This document shows positions 60,801-64,000 of a stretch of 64,000 nucleotides of DNA, in pieces. The notes below the pieces were generated by a model. That model did no database searches. It saw nothing but the letters and a program-made list of their open reading frames with translations, and was not told where the DNA came from. Position numbers and translations under genes: made by a program. The DNA is taken from contig OZ316894.1 in assembly GCA_973895155.1 (NCBI GenBank), forward strand, positions 1 through 64,000. The letters are read 5' to 3'. Position 1 is the stretch's first letter. Every line of letters starts with the position of its first letter. The stretch comes from Marsupella aquatica (Eukaryota; Plantae; Marchantiophyta).

Positions 60801-62812
60801 TAATGCACTTCGTCTGTCTGGACAGCATCATGAATGCAGCCCTTGGTACTCACCAAATTGAGTATCCATTCAGATTTGAGACCGAGAAGAACATCATGGT
60901 TGAGTGTTGTTGTCGCTTCTTCAACAATGGCACGGATCATATCCCTGAACGCATTCAATGTGATAATATCACCGTCAATTGAGCATGTTGTTTGTGTATC
61001 GTCCATGTGTATGAGATTTGGTCGAGCATGGGTGCCTCGATTAATTGTTTTTGCCAGTCGCATGTACTGCCGAACTTGAGTAATCGGCGTGTCCAATGCC
61101 ACATCGCTCACGTATTTCTCCAGGATGTTTACTTCATTCCCAGGTAGGCCACGTGGGTTTGGATGCCAAAGAGCTTGTGAGAGTTCCATCAGGATTGTAC
61201 ATCTTGCCCAGTAGTGAAGTATTGCCAATATTTTGGTGATTTTCCCAATTTTGCAAAATGCATACCCTGTGGATTGGGAACCCAGCCCGTCACTCTTTAG
61301 AGAGTGGAGGATAAAGAACCGAGTGAGCAAACAATCCGCCGGTGAACGAGCATACAACAGCTCCGGAATTTTTGGAGTCCAGAGAAGAAGTAGTACTCGA
61401 TGGATATTTGTGAGATCAATATCACCTTCTTCTGCAGGCCGCGCCTCACTTGGTTGGCCTAATTGTGCCAATAATTGTTGCAGGGCACCTTTTAGATCCG
61501 GCCTATCTGTGTATATAACACAATGTTGAGGCCGAGAATCATAAGTACAAGAACGAACGAGGCAAAGAAGAAGGGAAACCATTCCAGCACAGTATTGTGG
61601 AACAGTGTTTTTCTCTTGTAGTCCACCCAATCCCCTTGTGACATCGGCATTTGGAGTCGGCTTCATCACCATTCTTTGCACCCTATAATCTAAATTTCCA
61701 CTAAGAATATTTCTTGTGCATGTCATGTACGCACGGACCACAGTGCCCAAGTACGATAGTGAAGACCTAGGGTCGGCGGGCCTTGGGGGTTCCATCTCAG
61801 ATTGCACTTCAACAAATGGCACACCTTCAGGCATGAACTGGGATGCAATCTCATGCCACCTTGATACCCTTAGCCACGGCGACAATTCCCTCACTGGAGG
61901 TGCAAGATCTGTCTTTAATGACTGTAGATGAGCTTGAAAAACTTTTGCGACTGCACCTCTCGTACTCTGAGCTACTGCATCGTCCGCAAGGTACACATTG
62001 CCATGGTCCACTCCATAGAATTTGCGGCCGACTCCCTTGAAGAGGGCTTGCACTTGACATGGAGTAGCAATGTCCTTGAAACCAAGGTGGTTGTGTTTCA
62101 TACATCGGTGATTTGCCATCGTCCGCTGTGATCTACAAAAGAAGATACATCTCGAGCAAGAGAATCCCCAATGAATGAGGACGCCCGGAACTGGAGACAA
62201 CAATTCTGCAATTGGATTGATTGTGTATGGTAGTAGGGACGCATCATTTGTACGTGTGAACAACACACCCTGCAACAAAACCGACAATTGCTCTGGTGTT
62301 GGATTCGTGATTGAATTTTGTGTTGCAACTCTCACCCTGCCCATGTTCCTTCGATGACTTCCAACATGATGGATAATGCTACTTCCTTCCGTGTGCTGAA
62401 GGGCTATATGGCATTGCAAGCATACTAGAAGAACAAGGTTGTTGTGGTGAACAATGCAAAGCTTTGCATTTCTCAACATGTCTGGTGTTGCTAACAGGTC
62501 ATGATCTAGGATAGTGGTGGGGACTTGGTTGACAATTGGATCGTCTACATCCATGAACGGGTCAACTCCTACTGCTTCATTGTGTTTCCTTTTGTAGTGA
62601 AGACGTAAACTATCACTACGGGGATAGGACGAGGAACATGTGGCCACAGGGCAATGGAATCGACCATCCTCTTCTTTCTCAATGATCTGGGTTGTGCCAT
62701 TGTTGAGCTGCAATTGGTAAGTAGAACGGTGAACTGAGCGGGAATGGGAACTGCGAGAGTTTGCTGACTGAAATTCTTCCCCACACTGACTACATCCAAA
62801 TACTGTCACCAT
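57854..62812 (-). CDS. Fungal-type telomere-linked-helicase-like protein: C2H2 fingers, DUF3505-like Zn domain, tyrosine-recombinase-like domain, RecQ helicase and C-terminal Zn knuckles (1652 aa, intronless)
   Basis: CSQC..HSRSVH and CPVATC..HYKRKH; LVCLQC/CSRC..NH..KH/CQVQALF; SGLPARGEE..YRH..AGGH..HYA; ILPTGSGKS, DEVH, TAS, RPNIRY, QESGRGGRDG, CRR..L..CDLC. Confidence 0.85.
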   Translation of the reverse strand: MVTVFGCSQCGEEFQSANSRSSHSRSVHRSTYQLQLNNGTTQIIEKEEDGRFHCPVATCSSSYPRSDSLRLHYKRKHNEAVGVDPFMDVDDPIVNQVPTTILDHDLLATPDMLRNAKLCIVHHNNLVLLVCLQCHIALQHTEGSSIIHHVGSHRRNMGRVRVATQNSITNPTPEQLSVLLQGVLFTRTNDASLLPYTINPIAELLSPVPGVLIHWGFSCSRCIFFCRSQRTMANHRCMKHNHLGFKDIATPCQVQALFKGVGRKFYGVDHGNVYLADDAVAQSTRGAVAKVFQAHLQSLKTDLAPPVRELSPWLRVSRWHEIASQFMPEGVPFVEVQSEMEPPRPADPRSSLSYLGTVVRAYMTCTRNILSGNLDYRVQRMVMKPTPNADVTRGLGGLQEKNTVPQYCAGMVSLLLCLVRSCTYDSRPQHCVIYTDRPDLKGALQQLLAQLGQPSEARPAEEGDIDLTNIHRVLLLLWTPKIPELLYARSPADCLLTRFFILHSLKSDGLGSQSTGYAFCKIGKITKILAILHYWARCTILMELSQALWHPNPRGLPGNEVNILEKYVSDVALDTPITQVRQYMRLAKTINRGTHARPNLIHMDDTQTTCSIDGDIITLNAFRDMIRAIVEEATTTLNHDVLLGLKSEWILNLVSTKGCIHDAVQTDEVHYSFLIDARNPEFQQHGKDLLNHMFSNTMMMAHFILRVDNVNGVIWNIPALHRWMVACSKLQRLLNLLLHFCSGLPARGEEYSSLLIRNTATGDRAFIWLSDTLMVYQSYHKCANAGKPINFTARFIPDNQSHLFVKLLCLVRPVQSFVANILWGPEVAAMYLDCWFVAMDKRLTGVDLSASVLDAFQKHCGIPFGIAKYRHVAAHWSENIRACKAHLQEDLVDVAGGHETATVGHHYARSTKDPRGMDGHILRGCVLVSRLWHKLVGLGGSQRPEVMSTAPFDFLGPVGGVEYEVRQIPKRRRFTVFHSNIHQTLLASGESDPLLQVCLNRTTGACQALRRLGHQQWKSSEQATAVALSIDNVVDFVAILPTGSGKSLVFMAPSTMGQNRTVIVIVPLTILVEGHVEECKQANISCVVYKDGAVEVARPPSIIFVAVEIAAESKLFIILAKQLKCNGSLHSIVYDEVHLLLSDFRPSMKKLVGLMEINCQIIGLTASLAPKNQVDIERMLATEMVWIRCPTVRPNIRYAVVEVGHNMMDQEIVSLLRDWRAYSLPEERALVFCLTREEVESTTRILQGKEMSCVYVHAHLDIAVKRASLSSWTSGACKIMVATGVISSGYNYKWVKLVIHRGSFRSLEHFHQESGRGGRDGLPAMSYVVTNLAYRKMAERTDSTTAASHKWIENKTSCRRFGLHDQVDGKPQVCHLIPFSSLCDLCSQASVMCSPGVDIVDFEVFTQDIPCRTASIPPHEVASSSMGIPGRGGSDESTYETPTQPPATPMPRRQGNTLPMTPIIQGVHEAEPVVARLRAMAHSQSFESDKRDLRIIRTFAGDGSQCLICQCPESREQEVHNAVNCPILRSLCFRCLGSHQARTCKNTFPQNAWTCFKCHFQHTVVVTGMCIHKGPYGDQCNDRTGERLRHFVWQGWRVSWIQTELFKEFPEIREKSDEELATWFMQIGTGKVVNNFVLFAAAIVKTKYPEYW

Positions 62813-63228
62813 CCTGCATGAAAAACAACAAAATTAGCTGATGCCATATTTTGCTCTGAAATTATATAGAGCTCTTCACATCAGATTTTCCCGTGGAGCT
62901 CCACAATGGACTCTAAAGTCAATCTCAATTGGCCAACTATCGGACTAGTATTTTTCATTTTCCATTACCTATGTCCCAAGCTTGATCTGCACCATGAATG
63001 TGCAATCTAACCCAAAGCTTCACTGACATAGAAGTTGGTTGAGCATGTTCACACATTCAACGTACTTTGTGAGCACAGACACAAATTAAACGAATTCAAT
63101 CCGAATCTTCTCCAAAACCTGGTCAGTTGGATCATATTTTCACTATCTTGGGAAGTGAACTTGTACCATGCACTCTCTCGATGCCCTTGGGGCTAATAAT
63201 TACTCCAATGCCTCTAAAGCCACCAAAC

Positions 63229-63398
63229 TGTTGTAACCCAGGTTAAACCTACTTACCATAGTTCTACTTGCCTAACTAGAGTTCTACCTAACTCAGTTAG
63301 GATAACTGCCTCAGGGCAACGGCCTTCAAGCCGCATGTACTTATTCTTCTCCTTGGGAGTATACACGAGATCTTTTTCCATCTTGTCATGGTCCAACA
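63229..63398 (+). mobile_element. 5' LTR of a Ty1/copia (Bianca-type) element
   Basis: TGTTG...CAACA termini (170 bp) immediately followed by the PBS. Confidence 0.7.
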
Positions 63399-63412
63399 CG
63401 TTATCAGCACGA
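63399..63412 (+). promoter_or_regulatory. Primer-binding site CGTTATCAGCACGA (internal initiator tRNA-Met type)
   Basis: Motif characteristic of Bianca-lineage copia elements. Confidence 0.75.
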
Positions 63413-63747
63413 GTAGTGCTCTGGTTTTTTTCCTTAAATTTTTTTTCCTCCGCCCTTGAACGTCCAACGCGCACGCAATACACTCACCGCGTGAAGTTTT
63501 CAAGACTACGAACAGAGGCAAGGCGAGCGTGCAAGCAGCCGTGCACAACGCGATCGGACAATCAGACAAAGCGAGAGGCTGGAGTGCAGCAACCAACGCA
63601 AATTACAATCGACCACTCCAGCTAACACCTCCAATTATGAAAGCTCTTCACATTCCATTTATTCATGTCATCAATTTGTGAATTCATCAATCTAGACAAA
63701 TTGTATTTCCGCCACTGAAACGCATACTACATATAATCATAGTAATC

Positions 63748-64000
63748 ATGCCTCCGGCAACCATGGAAAAGTTATATTTCCAGCCATTAAGTATTGATGG
63801 CGCCAACTATCTTTCTTGGCAATTGGACATAGAGGCACACTTGACATCCAAAGACATTGCAGACACGATCACCTCCGACACAGGATCTACTTTACAGGAG
63901 CGAGCTCAAGCACTGATCTTAATCAGGCGACATTTGACTGAACCACTAAAGCTTCAATATCTAAACGAGCTCAACCCACGCCGATTGTGGGAAGCACTCC
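63748..64000 (+). CDS. Copia (Bianca-type) gag, N-terminal part (runs off the right edge)
   Basis: MPPATMEKLYFQPLSIDGANYLSWQLDIEAHL...ERAQALILIRRHL..PLKLQYL...P..LW matches Bianca gag (F..L.I.G.NYLSW.LD.E.HL...RAKAMIF.RHHL). Confidence 0.85.
   Translation, partial: MPPATMEKLYFQPLSIDGANYLSWQLDIEAHLTSKDIADTITSDTGSTLQERAQALILIRRHLTEPLKLQYLNELNPRRLWEAL

Noticed and set aside
58007-62799. Numerous short overlapping or antisense ORFs within the helicase gene (similarly within 39955-47840 and 53145-54632)
   Set aside because: They are shadow ORFs of long real CDSs and carry no motifs.
1-64000. tRNA, rRNA or other structured RNA genes
   Set aside because: None were recognised by eye; a covariance-model scan would be needed.

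Overview
Eukaryotic, non-seed land-plant (bryophyte-like) genomic DNA, rich in repeats and pseudogenes. Evidence for this is GT/GC-AG introns, a PLS-class PPR fragment, a TL29/APX4 fragment, P450s, and Ty3/gypsy and Bianca-type copia elements. The left part (1-22.4 kb) holds exon 1 of SMC2, a duplicated mosaic of host gene fragments (PPR, TL29, PI-PLC, CYP), a CYP71-clan pseudogene, a Helitron 3' end and tandem arrays. The right part (22.4-63.2 kb) holds an unusual chromatin/DNA-modification cluster. It comprises an intact 1652-aa fungal-type telomere-linked-helicase-like protein (C2H2 fingers, DUF3505-like Zn domain, tyrosine-recombinase-like R..K..RH..GH..Y domain, RecQ helicase), a spliced TRF-like telobox Myb gene fused to a retroelement accessory domain, a stand-alone EDM2-type PHD module, and two TET/JBP-like Fe(II) dioxygenase genes (one intact, one broken). 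Two further truncated dioxygenase copies are each joined to an array of 16-bp palindromes. Main hypothesis (inference): a large recombinase/helicase-driven mobile element carrying its own anti-silencing toolkit, interrupted by nested LTR retrotransposons. All family assignments come from motif recognition by eye; no searches were run, and repeat coordinates are approximate.
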